From Candidatus Izemoplasma acidinucleici (GTDB lineage: Bacteria; Bacillota_I; Bacilli_A; Izemoplasmatales; Izemoplasmataceae): 26,309 nt of DNA. A program made the translations under genes and the position numbers. The DNA lies in assembly GCA_004195325.1 (NCBI GenBank), contig SDWO01000054.1:1-26309 (forward strand), in the 5' to 3' direction. Below are positions 25,645 to 26,309 of this stretch, piece by piece. The notes under the pieces are model-generated. The model saw only the letters and a program-made list of their open reading frames with translations, did not search any database and was not told where the DNA came from. How positions within the stretch are numbered: position 1 is the first letter of the stretch; the number at the start of each line of letters is the position of its first letter.

Positions 25645-26166
25645 TTAGACACCTCTTCTGTAGTATCGAATCATTAGTGATTCCGATACAACATCAGTGA
25701 TTACTCCAGTAATTATTAGAATAATAAAGAACAAATGGTTGCTTACATCGAATAATTGCGAAAATAGAGCAACAACAAATCCTAATGAGAAGATATACAT
25801 AGATATAGCCATTGATTTCATTTGAATCATTCTATCTCTCTCATCTACTACATCAGCAATTTCATCTTCTAGTTCTTTTCCTTGTGCAGCTTGGATTACT
25901 GATTCAATAATATGGAAAATAATCATTATAACAATACGTGCGATAATAGATATAGGGATGAAAATCAATATAACGATTGCCCAGAATCGAAAGATATTCG
26001 AATCATCTAAACTTCCGTTTAAATATCTCTGATACATTACTACCGCGTATACTGCAGTAATTATGATACTGCTTATTATATTTGTTAAACTTTGCTTTTC
26101 TTGGTATGACATAATTTTTCCTCCTTGGTTTATTTTTTTTGGCGAAATGTCAGGTTCTACATACAT
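25645..26166 (-). CDS. DUF2975-like 4-TM membrane protein (YoaS-like partner of YozG-type regulators)
   Basis: 173 aa from ATG 26166 (AAGGTGA SD). An alternative ATG at 26112 (MSYQEKQ...) has a GGAGG SD 8 nt upstream. It has four hydrophobic helices, and its position immediately upstream of a YozG-like XRE regulator fits a known gene pairing. Confidence 0.55.
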   Translation of the reverse strand: MYVEPDISPKKINQGGKIMSYQEKQSLTNIISSIIITAVYAVVMYQRYLNGSLDDSNIFRFWAIVILIFIPISIIARIVIMIIFHIIESVIQAAQGKELEDEIADVVDERDRMIQMKSMAISMYIFSLGFVVALFSQLFDVSNHLFFIILIITGVITDVVSESLMIRYYRRGV

Positions 26167-26290
26167 AGTGTATCATTCACCTTACTTCGTGTCAAGTTTG
26201 TTTTACATTATTTTGTTTTTATTTTTGATACATTATAAATGTATAACTTTTCGTGGTTACGTAAACGCGATGAAATAATAAGTTTCGATC

Positions 26291-26309
26291 CTGTCTCTTA
26301 TACACATCT
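26291..26309. other. Tn5/Nextera mosaic-end adapter remnant at the contig terminus (non-biological)
   Basis: The final 19 nt, CTGTCTCTTATACACATCT, are exactly the reverse complement of the Tn5 ME sequence AGATGTGTATAAGAGACAG. Confidence 0.9.

Noticed and set aside
1-26309. Search for tRNA or rRNA genes, transposases, restriction-modification, toxin-antitoxin or other defence genes
   Set aside because: No cloverleaf-like tRNA sequences or rRNA segments were seen, and no protein signatures were recognisable. The signatures looked for were DDE/HUH transposases, methyltransferase motifs, and PIN, RelE, Abi or ATPase-nuclease architectures. Absence is judged by eye only.

Overview
This window is AT-rich and looks like a low-GC Bacillota (Firmicutes) chromosome. 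TGA is used as a stop codon, and the RNase P RNA is type B.

First ~11.7 kb (minus strand) is a conserved housekeeping block:
- xerD
- hemW
- the nfeD–floT flotillin operon
- lepA
- yaaA
- rnpB (RNase P RNA, absent from the ORF track)
- a small BFD-like [2Fe-2S] protein
- pnp

Plus strand, 11.9–16.0 kb:
- A two-gene cyclic-dinucleotide signalling locus follows pnp.
- The first gene encodes a membrane sensor protein with an extracytoplasmic domain, a PAS domain, a degenerate GGDEF domain and an intact EAL domain.
- The second encodes a soluble protein with two tandem HD-GYP-like (HDIG) domains that lack the GYP signature.

Minus strand, 16.0–26.2 kb, is an accessory-looking region:
- a TetR regulator with two small two-TM proteins
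- a UPF0316/DUF2179 protein
- an operon of a GNAT (AAC(6')-like) acetyltransferase, an alpha/beta hydrolase, an AI-2E transporter with an in-frame TAA stop, and a small membrane protein
- two lipoproteins (one FN3-like, one BspA-type LRR) and a Gly-zipper mini-protein
- a tightly overlapped DUF2975–XRE–MDR dehydrogenase–DUF4386 operon

Other observations:
- Several ORF-track starts are TTG or GTG codons shown as M. Better ATG starts with Shine-Dalgarno sites lie a few codons downstream, and the features use those.
- The last 19 bases are the Tn5/Nextera mosaic end, a library adapter rather than genomic sequence.
- No CRISPR array, tRNA, rRNA, prophage or transposase was seen.
- No known defence system is recognisable. 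The most system-like unknowns are the EAL/tandem-HD locus and the TetR-controlled pair of small membrane proteins.
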